Part shown: positions 29,801-39,635 of the stretch, one piece after another | Layout of the letters: each line of letters begins with the position of its first letter | Numbering within the stretch: the stretch's first letter is position 1 | From: Sedimentisphaerales bacterium | GTDB lineage: Bacteria > Planctomycetota > Phycisphaerae > Sedimentisphaerales > Anaerobacaceae | Direction of reading: 5' to 3' | Assembly: GCA_963708075.1 (NCBI GenBank) | Contig: OY970194.1 | Coordinates: forward strand, 6,176,001 to 6,240,000 | DNA: 64,000 nt | Program-made: the position numbers and the translations under genes | The notes under the pieces: generated by a model | Database searches by the model: none | What the model was told of the DNA's origin: nothing | What the model saw: only the letters and a program-made list of their open reading frames with translations

Positions 29801-30042
29801 CGCCGCCGCCGCTCGAATCTATGGGGGGATGCCTTACAGGCACATAGGCACTTGCTGATTATGCCGGCCCGCTGTCGCCATCCTGACGCGCCTGTCCAAT
29901 TCGGAAATACCCAGGGCGTGGGTGGCACGGGCAAACTCGTTTGCCCGTGGACTCTCGATCGGGCAGCTCGCAGGGTAGGTCCTTGACCCGCGCAGTTATC
30001 CAATCAGAGCGCTTCTTGACGCTATGCTCATGTGGTGGGTTC

Positions 30043-30272
30043 CGGGTGGCAGCGGCAAGCAGAGCCATTCACGGGTCTTCGGCGCACCCGCAGAGGATGA
30101 AAATGCCATGCTCTTCGTAGGTCGTGCGTCCTCGCACGACCTTGGGCGAGCGGGGACGCTCGCCCTACGCGGAGATCTGTCCGGCGTATTTTCAGAGGAG
30201 TCTTCGGAGCTTGCCGATGGCGTGCAGACGTAGACTTGAGCCATCAGCAAGCCGGCGCTTGCTGCTGCCACC
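30043..30272. repeat. GTGG-type REP doublet interrupted by a ~135-bp nested insert
   Basis: Left arm 30043-30060, remainder from 30197; the insert carries GTAGGTCGTGCGTCCTCGCACGAC. Confidence 0.8.
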
Positions 30273-30284
30273 CATCGTAAGCTC

Positions 30285-30359
30285 GTAGGGTGGGTCCTTG
30301 ACCCACGCGGTTATCCAATCGAAGTGTTCCTTGACGCGTGGGTTGAGAACCCACCCTAC
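30285..30359. repeat. GTAG-type REP doublet (GTAGGGTGGGT...ACCCACGCG)
   Basis: Inverted pair; further single copies at ~31436-31462 and ~36880-36908, and a degenerate copy at ~29970. Confidence 0.85.
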
Positions 30360-30362
30360 ATA

Positions 30363-31100
30363 TTAACGTCTGGGTGTTTTCCGGCCGCGCGTCGCTTTCT
30401 TGGACGATTGCTTTGCACGGACCCTCCGTATCCTCCGCGCCGGCCATTCCTCGGGGAAATTCAGCCGGGCAGACTCCCCGAACAGCTCGACCGCCTTGCG
30501 GTCATACGCCCTGGCCGCCTCGACCTCATCGGTGAAATAGCCGAGATGAATGGTTCTGCCGTCGAGCCCGATTCTGGCAAACCATTTGGCGCAGCTTTTG
30601 TTGTAACTGACACCCCTGAACCTGGAAGCTGTACCACGCCGCTTGCTCCTGTTGCGCAGGTTCTCCTGCTGCGTGCAGACGTTCAGATTATCCCGAGTGT
30701 TGTCCAGCTTGTTACGATTCTTGTGATCGACAACCCTCCCTCTGGGCGCCTGGGTGATCTCGCGGTGCATGAAGATCAGTCTTCTCTTCTCCAATCGGAC
30801 GGCGTATCCACCACATTGGTGCCATGTCCACTGGCTGAGCCACTCATAATCGGCCGCGTCCACATAGGCGTAGTACCCCTCACCCAGCGGGATCTGTTTG
30901 ACCTCGCCTTTTGGCGTGGCGGCTTTGGCCCGGAAGTTCCGGCAGACCCCGCCCCGTGGCACCGGCCGCATCCGGCCAATCGAATCCGGATGATTCGCAC
31001 ACACCGGCCGGCTCGGCCATCCCATCCCCACGGTCATCATCCACTGGCACCGGTCGAAATACGCGTACGCACAGTCGTGACAGGTAGGTATCTGAGCCAT
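30363..31100 (-). CDS. HNH endonuclease-AP2 domain protein with Cys-rich N-terminus
   Basis: VDHKNRNKLDNTRDNL...EN HNH motif; SRFRGVS...WFARI...HLGYF...EAARAYD...A.LNF AP2 motif; N-terminal CxxC. Confidence 0.88.
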   Translation of the reverse strand: MAQIPTCHDCAYAYFDRCQWMMTVGMGWPSRPVCANHPDSIGRMRPVPRGGVCRNFRAKAATPKGEVKQIPLGEGYYAYVDAADYEWLSQWTWHQCGGYAVRLEKRRLIFMHREITQAPRGRVVDHKNRNKLDNTRDNLNVCTQQENLRNRSKRRGTASRFRGVSYNKSCAKWFARIGLDGRTIHLGYFTDEVEAARAYDRKAVELFGESARLNFPEEWPARRIRRVRAKQSSKKATRGRKTPRR

Positions 31101-31183
31101 GGCTTCTCCCTTCCTTATGAGTTGTCGGTTGCCGGTCCCCAGTCGTCACCCGGCCGATCATCGCGTCACACGATATCACGCAT

Positions 31184-31212
31184 ATGATATATCAACCATG
31201 CCCACCTGTCAA
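31184..31212 (-). promoter_or_regulatory. Sigma70-type promoter of the HNH-AP2 gene
   Basis: TTGACA-17 bp-TATCAT on the minus strand. Confidence 0.6.
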
Positions 31213-32228
31213 CGGTAACATCCCAAAAATGTGAAGTGTTGCATGTTTCATAAACCCTTATCCCCCAAGGAATAGAGACGCCCGGCGAAAAAATGTAGCA
31301 CAGCCGCCCTCGGCTGTGGACTCACTCCCCGCCCGTCAAGTGTCAAGAGTTGACCCCAGCCCCCCATTGTTGCATGCGTCATAAACCCTTGTCTCCCAAG
31401 GACTAAAGAAGCCCGGCGAAACAAAAGCAGTATTCGTAGGGTGGGTTCTCAACCCACGCGTCAAGGCTGAAAACTGGCCAACGACAACCAACAATCAACC
31501 GCGGATGAACGCCGATTGTGTAGGGTGTGCACCGCACACCTTCTTCTGAAATCCCTCTCACGCAGGGACGCCAAGACGCAAAGCATTGATCGAAAGGCCC
31601 CCCAGACATGCTCAGTTCTGTCTCCCAATTGACCATCGCGTCCCCGGAACTCTCCAGAGAAAAGTAATGTGAGACTATGTAGCAAGCGTCAAGGCTTGGC
31701 TGTGGAGAGGTCGAAATGAGTCGAATGGGCGTAAGAGTTGAAGAGCCGAGGACAAAAACCCGGACGCAGGATACCTGCAATAGGTAGCCAGCCTCAGTCC
31801 CCCCCGCCCCCCAGGTGCTGTCGTGCCAATAATTCCTAATTCAAGACGTGACCCTCTCTGTGCTCTCTGTGCCCCCCTCTCTGTGCCCCCTTGGTCGCAA
31901 TGGCCCCCCAGGCACACTCAGTTCTATCCCCCAAGTGGATATGGCCTCCCCGGAATTCGGGGCTTTGTCCACCACGGAGATCGCGGAGGCGGAGAGAAGA
32001 GGATCACGCGGGATAAGGCCTTCCCCACTGGGATACCTAAATCCAAAGCCTGACCCTGACCCCTCTGACCCCTTTCTCCCCCTCCCAAGGACTAGAGACG
32101 TCCGGCGAAAAAATGTAGCACAGCCGCCCCCGGCTGTGGATCCCCTCAGCCTAAATCCAAAAGCCTGACCCCATTTACCCGCCATTTACCCGTTTGCCTT
32201 TCTGTCAGTTTGTCCCTACAATACCACC

Positions 32229-32898
32229 ATGGATCAGCAAGATGTTCACACGGATGAGACGCCGCGACGGCGTGAGCAGATCTGTGCCATCTGTGGCGTG
32301 GCAGCGGCCACAACTCGCGATCATGTGCCACCCAAAGGTATTTTCGCTGAGCCTCGACCCTCTGACTTGGTGACGGTTCCTGCGTGTGTGGCATGCAATG
32401 CCGATGGCTCGAAGTACGACGAGAGCTTTCGCGTCCACCTGAGCCTCGGTGTGGGCGCAGAGACTCCAGCTACACAACGATTGCGCAAATGGAGCAATGC
32501 GGACAATGGCGAGCAATCGCAAGCTCACGAGACAAATCTTGGAATCCTTGGAGCCAACATATCTGACCACACGCGGAGGGATCATTATAGGCAAAGGTTA
32601 TCGCGGAAAGTGGGATTCTGAGGCTCACAACAGAGTAGTCGAGCGAACAACACGAGGCCTATATTACCATCATTTCGGAGAAATCTTGGGTGCGAAGGTG
32701 GATGTGACAGTTCGCTGGGTCACGAGCCTCACGCCAGAGATGCTTGAGGCCACCAGAGAGTGTTACCAGGCTTCCATGGGGGGCGATGCTCTCATCTACC
32801 GATATGGGCGGGCCGTCGATGGGCCTTTGTATTCCATTTGGCTGTTCCAGTTCTATGGGCGTCACTGGGCAAGAGCGTCGACTCGTCCAAGCACGTAG
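32229..32898 (+). CDS. HNH-like (Zn-ribbon) nuclease-domain protein, frameshifted near 32485
   Basis: CAIC...TRDHVPPK...VPACVACN in ORF 32229-32621, continuing in ORF 32449-32898. Confidence 0.7.
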
Positions 32899-33036
32899 GT
32901 GTTGGGACGAACAGGGGGGGGTTAGGGGCCAGCCCTTAAGTTAAGCGTTAAGGTTGGCGAGGGCGGTGGCCATTGAGTTTGGCGGCGATGGAGGCCACTG
33001 GGGGAGGAACTGGGAGGAAGAAGGGTCACATCTTTA

Positions 33037-34849
33037 CGGGCTGTTGCCGGAAGCAGCCGTGAGGGAGCGGTCATGGGTAGCAGGGGCCGGAAGGCACAGG
33101 GGTCGCTCCGCGGCGATGAATCGACTGTAGAGGCTTCAGGAAGGTCCGGAGAAGTCCTGCCGGCGTGTCCAGAATGGTCCCGAGCGTGTGTGGGGCCGGG
33201 GCGCTGTGGCCTGGAGCCTGCGAGCAGGCCCCACGAGTGCGCCGACCCGTATGGCGCAGAAGGGTTCGCAAGTTCTGCACCGTCGCAATCAGCAGATCCT
33301 GAATCCGCTGACGCCAGAGCCGACGCCACCGGGCCCGCTTGAACCCATGGTGCGTCGCCGCATCCCCGAAGCTGCCCTCCATCCGCCATTTACGACGCCG
33401 GCGGTCGCGTGTGGCCGCCCGGCTGTGCGATTGCGCCCGGGCGGCGTCGATCGCGTCCTGGTCATAGTGCCGCTTGATCGTCCGGGCGGTCCCCTTGGCG
33501 CGGGTGCATTGCTGGCGCATCGAGCACTCCTGGCAGACCGCGGCGGCACAGGCGTATTCATAGGCCTGACGCTGCTTCTTGTGCTTGCGACGTGTGAGCG
33601 TCTGGCCTGCCGGACAGCGGTAGGTGTCGCTCGTGGAATCGTAGAGAAACTGCTCGATGCCGAAGATGCCCTGCATACAGGGTTTGTTCGCCTGCGACAA
33701 CGTCAGGTCCGCCATGTGGCTGTTGATCCCACGCTGCCGACAAGCCCGGAAGTTCTCCACCGTGCCGTACTGCATGTCGGCCACCACCGTCTCTGTCGTG
33801 CAGCCGGTGTTCTGCTCGTGCTGATCCGCCAGGTCCATCAACTTGGCGTTCTCTTCCACATCCCCGGCCGTGGTGGCCACCGCCGTGATGACGCCACACA
33901 GATCATCCACCACCCGATGATTCTTGTACCGCGCCCGGGGGCCATGGGGCCCTTTGCGAACGATGGCGGCATCCGGATCGCTCGTGCTGACCATGGAGCG
34001 GTTCTTGGGCTTATAGTACTTCTTGGTCCCGCTCGGGGGCGACTGGGTGGCAGGCACAGGAGCAGGCGTCTGGCCGCAGGGGCCCTCCCCTTCGTTGGAG
34101 GCCGCCGTGGCAGTCGCGGCAGCTGGCGAGGCAATCGCCTTCGGGACCGATGCACAGGCTTCACTCGTGGCCATAGAGCCGTCGGCGGCGGGCTTAGGCG
34201 GGGAAGGTTCAGGTTCCTGCAGTTTCGTCATCTCGCCTCGAAGCGCCTGTCGCAGACGCTCGATCCAGAGTTCCGGGCCCTTGCAGACGGAGTTGTTGGA
34301 GGCGTTGGCGTCCACCAGGCTGCCATCCATGTGTATCTTGCGTCCGTTGACCAGACCGGCCTGGACACACTGAGCGACTCCCCTGGCGAAAGCCGTCTCG
34401 AACACCTCGCTGCCCCAGCGGCGGCGGGCCTTGCTCAGCACGCTATGGTCGGGCACCTCGCTATCGAGGTCATAGCCCAGGAACCACAGCCAGTCCAAAC
34501 GGTACGGCAGGGTCCGCATCAACTCCCGCTCCGAGGCCACATCGTAGAGGAACAACAGCAGCATCAGCTTGAGGATCACCGGCGGCGGCACCGAGACGTT
34601 GCCCTTGACGCCGTAGCGCCTCTGGACCAAGCCGTAGGTGAACTCGAAATCCACCATCGCCCGGATCTTGCGAAGCAGATGGTCCTGTGGAATCCGCTGC
34701 TCCAGAGAGAAATCGTAGTAGAAGAGTTTGCCCGACGGCTGTGACTGTCTGCCCATCATAAGGAGTCCCTTCCTTACCACCAATTCATCAGGACTCCTAA
34801 AGTATACTCACATACTCCTGAAAAGCAAGCCTATTCCGGCAACAGCCCG
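33037..34849 (-). mobile_element. Complete IS1182-family insertion sequence (1813 bp)
   Basis: Perfect 16-bp TIRs CGGGCTGTTGCCGGAA (33037-33052 and 34834-34849); 4-bp TSD TTTA (33033-33036, 34850-34853). Confidence 0.92.
33071..34759 (-). CDS. IS1182-family DDE transposase
   Basis: IPQDHLLR, SERELMR, PDHSVLS, DGSLVDANA, SDPDA, ADMQYG, YRCPAG, C-terminal RxxxEGSF. Confidence 0.92.
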   Translation of the reverse strand: MMGRQSQPSGKLFYYDFSLEQRIPQDHLLRKIRAMVDFEFTYGLVQRRYGVKGNVSVPPPVILKLMLLLFLYDVASERELMRTLPYRLDWLWFLGYDLDSEVPDHSVLSKARRRWGSEVFETAFARGVAQCVQAGLVNGRKIHMDGSLVDANASNNSVCKGPELWIERLRQALRGEMTKLQEPEPSPPKPAADGSMATSEACASVPKAIASPAAATATAASNEGEGPCGQTPAPVPATQSPPSGTKKYYKPKNRSMVSTSDPDAAIVRKGPHGPRARYKNHRVVDDLCGVITAVATTAGDVEENAKLMDLADQHEQNTGCTTETVVADMQYGTVENFRACRQRGINSHMADLTLSQANKPCMQGIFGIEQFLYDSTSDTYRCPAGQTLTRRKHKKQRQAYEYACAAAVCQECSMRQQCTRAKGTARTIKRHYDQDAIDAARAQSHSRAATRDRRRRKWRMEGSFGDAATHHGFKRARWRRLWRQRIQDLLIATVQNLRTLLRHTGRRTRGACSQAPGHSAPAPHTLGTILDTPAGLLRTFLKPLQSIHRRGATPVPSGPCYP

Positions 34850-35105
34850 TTTAATTAACGAATTATTGCGTCGGAGGAGGATAGGCGATGCTGCAAGGGG
34901 GAGGGGGGCAGGTCTGCAATTAGGAATTATTCATTATTCGGTTTTGCGTTCGGCGTCACAGGGCATCGGCGAACTCAGGGCGGAACTGGAACCAGGGACA
35001 AGACAAAGCCGGACAGGTTTCGGTGGGGCACTCTGGTGCCTTCGAAACCCATCCGGTTAGCGGTGATTCGGTCCTTTGACGCAGGGTTCCTGCTTTCGGA
35101 ACCCG

Positions 35106-35341
35106 TCAGACGCTTTTGACCTTGATCTTCTTATGTTTGGGCTTGGCCTGTTCGTTTTTGGGCAGCTTGACTTTCAAGACGCCCCGGCTGAATTCGGCCT
35201 CGGCCTTTTCTTCGTTCCACCTCCGCCGGCAGGTCGATGATCCGATCGAAGGACCCACAGGAGATTTCGTGACGGTAATAGCCTCTCTCCTCTTCCTTCT
35301 CCTCATGGTGCTTCTGGCCGGCGATTCGCAGGGAGTCCCTA
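35106..35341 (-). pseudogene. 5'-truncated Hsp20/alpha-crystallin remnant
   Basis: Reads RDSLRIAGQK...YYRHEISCGSFDRIIDLPAEV, then shifts frame to EEKAEAEFSRGVLKVKLPK...KKIKVKSV; no N-terminal part. Confidence 0.75.
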
Positions 35342-35452
35342 GTTTCCTAGTTTCCTGACGTAGATCAATGGAATTGCTTCTGCGGGTCGTCACTCATAAC
35401 CCCATGATTCCGGCCGCTGCATGAGGACCGAGACAGAGCAGGTCCATCCCCA

Positions 35453-36079
35453 TTATCCGCAAACTGTGAATCCCGTCTCCAGCAGCCACTCCTTGACGAA
35501 GTGGACATAGTCACGGTATGTCAATTTCGTCCGTTGTATTTTGGCGTGGCGACACATCTCGGGTAGCTTCTTCTGGAACTCCACATAAAGTTTATAGATC
35601 TGTCTCCCGCCGGGAAGGATGCGAGTCCCGTCTATGCCTGGGGCGGCTGCCAACCAGTCTCTTAACACGTTGATGATACGGGATATACGGTTGTTGTGTG
35701 AGACAACATCGTGCCCCGCAAAGTCTGAGATAAAATTACGATACCGGCGAGAATGGGAGTCGAGGACAATGCAGGTTTTGACTTTGTGCGACCTGCCACC
35801 GAACTCCCTGGCGCCGAGAAACAAGCCGAGCTCGAATGGCATGTTGAGACGCGGCAACTGATTCCTTTGTCCGGGCCCTGAACGGGACAAGTCGTGGATG
35901 CCCATGGGGCACTGCTTAACCAGTTCCACGATTCTTGCGAATCTCGTCTGCGCCGCGTTGCCGGTCGTCAACGCGCACCGCGGCACACACCCGCACGCGA
36001 TCACCGTAAACACAGTGGCATCGAAGAATGGTTTGTACGTCCCATCGAAGGGAACATTGATGAATACGCGCTGATGCAT
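35453..36079 (-). CDS. Conserved hypothetical protein with predicted TIR-like/nucleoside 2-deoxyribosyltransferase-like fold
   Basis: VFINVPFD, IHDLS, PRLNMPFELG, ISDFAG pattern resembles the NxxxELG motif of TIR/NDT-like effectors; the fold is inferred. Confidence 0.6.
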   Translation of the reverse strand: MHQRVFINVPFDGTYKPFFDATVFTVIACGCVPRCALTTGNAAQTRFARIVELVKQCPMGIHDLSRSGPGQRNQLPRLNMPFELGLFLGAREFGGRSHKVKTCIVLDSHSRRYRNFISDFAGHDVVSHNNRISRIINVLRDWLAAAPGIDGTRILPGGRQIYKLYVEFQKKLPEMCRHAKIQRTKLTYRDYVHFVKEWLLETGFTVCG

Positions 36080-36106
36080 GATCGTTTCACGCAACGCATG
36101 CTGGCC

Positions 36107-36337
36107 TTAGCACCCCTTCTTGTATTCACGCGGTCCGCTCTGTGTGGCCGGCTTCTTGCCGGTCTTTTTATGTTGTTGGGGGCCGGCATCCTTCGATGAC
36201 GGCTTGCCATGTCCCTTGGCGCGAGGGCCCGATGACTTCGATCCCCGCCCTTTGACTGCCGCAATGATTCTCTCACGTGGAATTGTACTCTCAACCTCGA
36301 GATTCGCAACGACCTTCCAGTCCGCTTCGTTGGACAT
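36107..36337 (-). CDS. Small Lys-rich hypothetical protein
   Basis: GAGGT RBS, ATG, directly upstream of and co-oriented with the TIR-like gene. Confidence 0.55.
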   Translation of the reverse strand: MSNEADWKVVANLEVESTIPRERIIAAVKGRGSKSSGPRAKGHGKPSSKDAGPQQHKKTGKKPATQSGPREYKKGC

Positions 36338-36739
36338 GTTCTACCTCATTCATTCTCTGAACAAACCGTTATTGCCAATGTAATCTCCGTTGAAAAGAAT
36401 GACCTTACCGCAGGGTGTCTCATGATTCAAGGGAAAAGAGAAATTTGATCAGGGCGAACGCAAAGGCCAGAGAACGGGCTCGTCAGGACTGCCGACGGTC
36501 TTTGAAGGCCGCGTTTTTGTGGTCGAGAACCCTATTTCGCCGGAGCAAGATGCATCTTCTGGGCCAAGAACGAGGGTAGAAAGGTCACGAGCAGGGCTTT
36601 TTCAGCGGAATCCACATTTCACAGACGAGGGAATTCCGGGGACATCTATGAGCAAGCCGTTGTCAAGACGGTCGCGGGATTCTTTTCGCGGGAATCCCAG
36701 ACATCTGTTCGGCGTCACATCGCATCATCGAACTCCCGG

Positions 36740-36834
36740 CGGGTGGCAGCGGCAAGCGGAGTCTTCGGAGCTTGCCGATGGTGTTGACGCATATCCGACG
36801 AGCCATCGGCAAGCTGCGCTTGCCGCTGCCACCC
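36740..36834. repeat. GTGG-type REP doublet, subtype A
   Basis: Canonical arms, 21-nt spacer. Confidence 0.9.
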
Positions 36835-37124
36835 ATCATAAGTCTTGAATGCATAACGGTCAGCCAAGCGAAACGTCCTTGACGCGTGGGTTGAGAACCC
36901 ACCCTACATGCTGACGCGATGCTCTTTTTCGAAGGAGGCGGGAATCCAGCCACCTATCAAACGATCCTGGACCCCCGCCTGCGCGGGGGTGACATGATGG
37001 TCGTAGGGTGGGGCTTGGCCCACCATGAACTCCGTGCCACAGGAAGCGGTGGGGCAAGCCCCACCCTGCACGCTTTCGCAGGGGTGACAAGAGAGCCTTC
37101 ATGGTGGCCATCCTGTTAGAGGCT

Positions 37125-38207
37125 CTAAAGGGCGCTGTCTACAACGTACCGTGCGCCGAGGATGATGTCCACGCCGAGGGCGGCACTGAGGATCGCCCAG
37201 CGCAGCCAGTGGACTCGCATCTGCTGTCGAATCATCAGGTAGATGATTCCTGTCGCGACGGCGCCGAGCAGGTACATCTTTGCCGTTTCGACGAACAGCC
37301 GGGCGTAGCCGTCGGCCAGGCCGAAGAGGACCTGGAAATAATTGGCCGCGAGGAACAGATTGGTAATCGCCAGCGCGGACAGGATGGCGGCCACGGCCAG
37401 GATCCACTTCTGATCGGCGAAGCCGGCTTCGAGCAGGCCTTGCAGGCCGATGCCGCACAGGACGGCGCACCAGACGAGCGGGATGCTCAGCCACAGGATG
37501 GGGCTGACGCCGAGCCAGGCGATTTTGTCGACGCCGATGAACGACTTGGAGACGGCCAGCAGGAAGCCGGCGAGCATGATGAGAAGAATACTGTAGCGCC
37601 GGGCCTTCCACATCATCACGACCCCGAGCACGAGCGCGGCTACGGGGACATGGTAGAGTCCCATCGTCGCAGCGCCTCGTTTGGCCAGTACCAGCGGGGC
37701 GAGAAGGCCGGCCAGGTCCGGCAATCGCACGTCCGCTCCAAGAGGGGCGGCAAACAGGCGGTAATCGACGAGGACATTGGCCAGCAGATAGAAGAATAGC
37801 AGAATGACGACAAACGGCAGAAGAAGCAGTGCGGTTCCCAGCCACTTGCCTCGTGTCCTCTCCAGGAATACCGCCGGGAGGAACAACCACGGCACGGAGG
37901 CGGCGAGCAGTCCGGCCGACGGGTGAAATTTCGCCAAGCCAAGGATGAAGGGCGTGAAACCATAGACGGCGCCGGCCAATAGCGAGCCGGTGAATCCTGC
38001 CACCCAGCGCCGGCTCAGAAGATAGCCTCCAATCGCGGCAGCACAGGCATTCAGGGGCAATAGCCATTGCCAACCGGTGAAACCGGCGAAGTGAGGCTGG
38101 TAAAGGTAGACGGCGAACGCGCCGTACAAAGCCGCGGCTGTCACGAGCCATGGGAGTGCGGAATGCGGAGTGCGGAATGCGGAGTGTTTAGATGCTGGAT
38201 TGCCCAT
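37125..38207 (-). CDS. Hypothetical polytopic membrane protein
   Basis: About 10 TM segments; co-oriented downstream of purM; N-terminus carries heptamer-derived HSAFRTPHSAL. Confidence 0.7.
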   Translation of the reverse strand: MGNPASKHSAFRTPHSALPWLVTAAALYGAFAVYLYQPHFAGFTGWQWLLPLNACAAAIGGYLLSRRWVAGFTGSLLAGAVYGFTPFILGLAKFHPSAGLLAASVPWLFLPAVFLERTRGKWLGTALLLLPFVVILLFFYLLANVLVDYRLFAAPLGADVRLPDLAGLLAPLVLAKRGAATMGLYHVPVAALVLGVVMMWKARRYSILLIMLAGFLLAVSKSFIGVDKIAWLGVSPILWLSIPLVWCAVLCGIGLQGLLEAGFADQKWILAVAAILSALAITNLFLAANYFQVLFGLADGYARLFVETAKMYLLGAVATGIIYLMIRQQMRVHWLRWAILSAALGVDIILGARYVVDSAL

Positions 38208-38504
38208 TCTGCAAAGTCCGTTCTCACAAGTAGCGCAGGTGGCAGCGTGTAGTACGCTGACCATCCCAAAAACTGTGGGTTGCGGGTGCCATGTCCACGC
38301 TCGCGTGGACATGCTTCATTGACGGGCCAAGGCATGCTTACGCAAGCGTAAGCATGGCACCCAAACCAACAACCGAAAGCCACCCTCTGAATTGCGGTGG
38401 TCGAAGCAGTAGGGTGTGCAATGCACGCCATCAACTGAACCACATGGGAAGGTGTGCGATGCACACCCTACATGCTAATCCGCAATCATCAATCCGCAAT
38501 CAAG

Positions 38505-39575
38505 TCAGTCTTTCAAAACGACCTGCCCGGTACCACGGGTGATGCGCCCGATGTTATTCACTTTCTCGCCCAACTGGATCAGTTTCGTGGCTACGGCGTC
38601 GGCGAAGTCCTCGGCCACGATGACCACGTAGCCGATGCCCATGTTGAACACGCGGAACATCTCCTCTTCCTCGACGGGCCCGGTCTTCTGCAGGAAGTCG
38701 AAGATTTTGGGCCGGGGCCAGGCCGATTTCTTGACGACCGCGTTACAGTCGCTCGGCAGGACACGGGGGATATTGCCGACGATCCCGTTGCCGGTGATGT
38801 GGGCCATGGCGTGAACGACGCGCTTGACCCTGTACTGGGTGAGCAGCTTGATGATCGGGCGGACGTAGATGCGTGTCGGCGCCAGCAGGGCGTCGCCCAG
38901 GGTGGTGCCGTCGAGCTCGTCGATCACATCGGTCAGCTTCAGCTTGTTTCTTTTGAAGCAGATATTCCGGGCGAGGGCGTAACCGTTGCTGTGCAGGCCG
39001 CTGGAGCGCAGGCCGAGGATGACATCGCCCGGCCGGACGTTTTTGCCGGTGATGATCTTGTCCCGCTCGACGACGCCGACTGCAAAGCCCGCCATGTCGA
39101 AATCGCCCCGGCGATAGGTGTCGGGCATCTCCGCTGTCTCGCCCCCGAGCAGGGCACAATCTGACTCCCGGCAGCCCGCAGCGACTCCCTTGACCATCTG
39201 CGCGACCAGCGCCGGTTCGAGCTTGTGCAGGGCAACGTAATCGAGAAAGAACAGCGGCTCGGCACCCATCACGAGCATGTCGTTGACGCTCATCGCCACC
39301 AAATCGATGCCCACGGTGTCGAACCGTTTGGCCTTGGCGGCCACCTGGACCTTGCTGCCTACGCCGTCCGTGCAGGCGACCAGCACGGGGTTGCGGTAAT
39401 TCTTCTTGAAGAGTTTCTCGTCGTAGTCCAGGCGAAACAGCCCGGCGAATCCCCAGGGCACGTTGATGACCCGGGGCCCGTACGTGCTGGCCAGGGAGGA
39501 TTGGATATTATCGACCATCACGTCGTTGGCCTCGATGTTCACGCCGGCCTGCTCGTAGGTGACGTATTTGCTCAT
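38505..39575 (-). CDS. purM: Phosphoribosylformylglycinamidine cyclo-ligase
   Basis: TDGVGSK, GIDLVAMSVND, GGETAEMP, SSGLHSNG, HITG, FNMGIG. Confidence 0.97.
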   Translation of the reverse strand: MSKYVTYEQAGVNIEANDVMVDNIQSSLASTYGPRVINVPWGFAGLFRLDYDEKLFKKNYRNPVLVACTDGVGSKVQVAAKAKRFDTVGIDLVAMSVNDMLVMGAEPLFFLDYVALHKLEPALVAQMVKGVAAGCRESDCALLGGETAEMPDTYRRGDFDMAGFAVGVVERDKIITGKNVRPGDVILGLRSSGLHSNGYALARNICFKRNKLKLTDVIDELDGTTLGDALLAPTRIYVRPIIKLLTQYRVKRVVHAMAHITGNGIVGNIPRVLPSDCNAVVKKSAWPRPKIFDFLQKTGPVEEEEMFRVFNMGIGYVVIVAEDFADAVATKLIQLGEKVNNIGRITRGTGQVVLKD

Positions 39576-39635
39576 AGGTGGTGGCGAACTCCTCGAAGGT
39601 GTCTGGTCTTGGCGAACCGCGATCGCAGATCAGGG

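Noticed and set aside
30363..36337. Prophage or integron
   Set aside because: No integrase, phage structural genes or recognisable attC array
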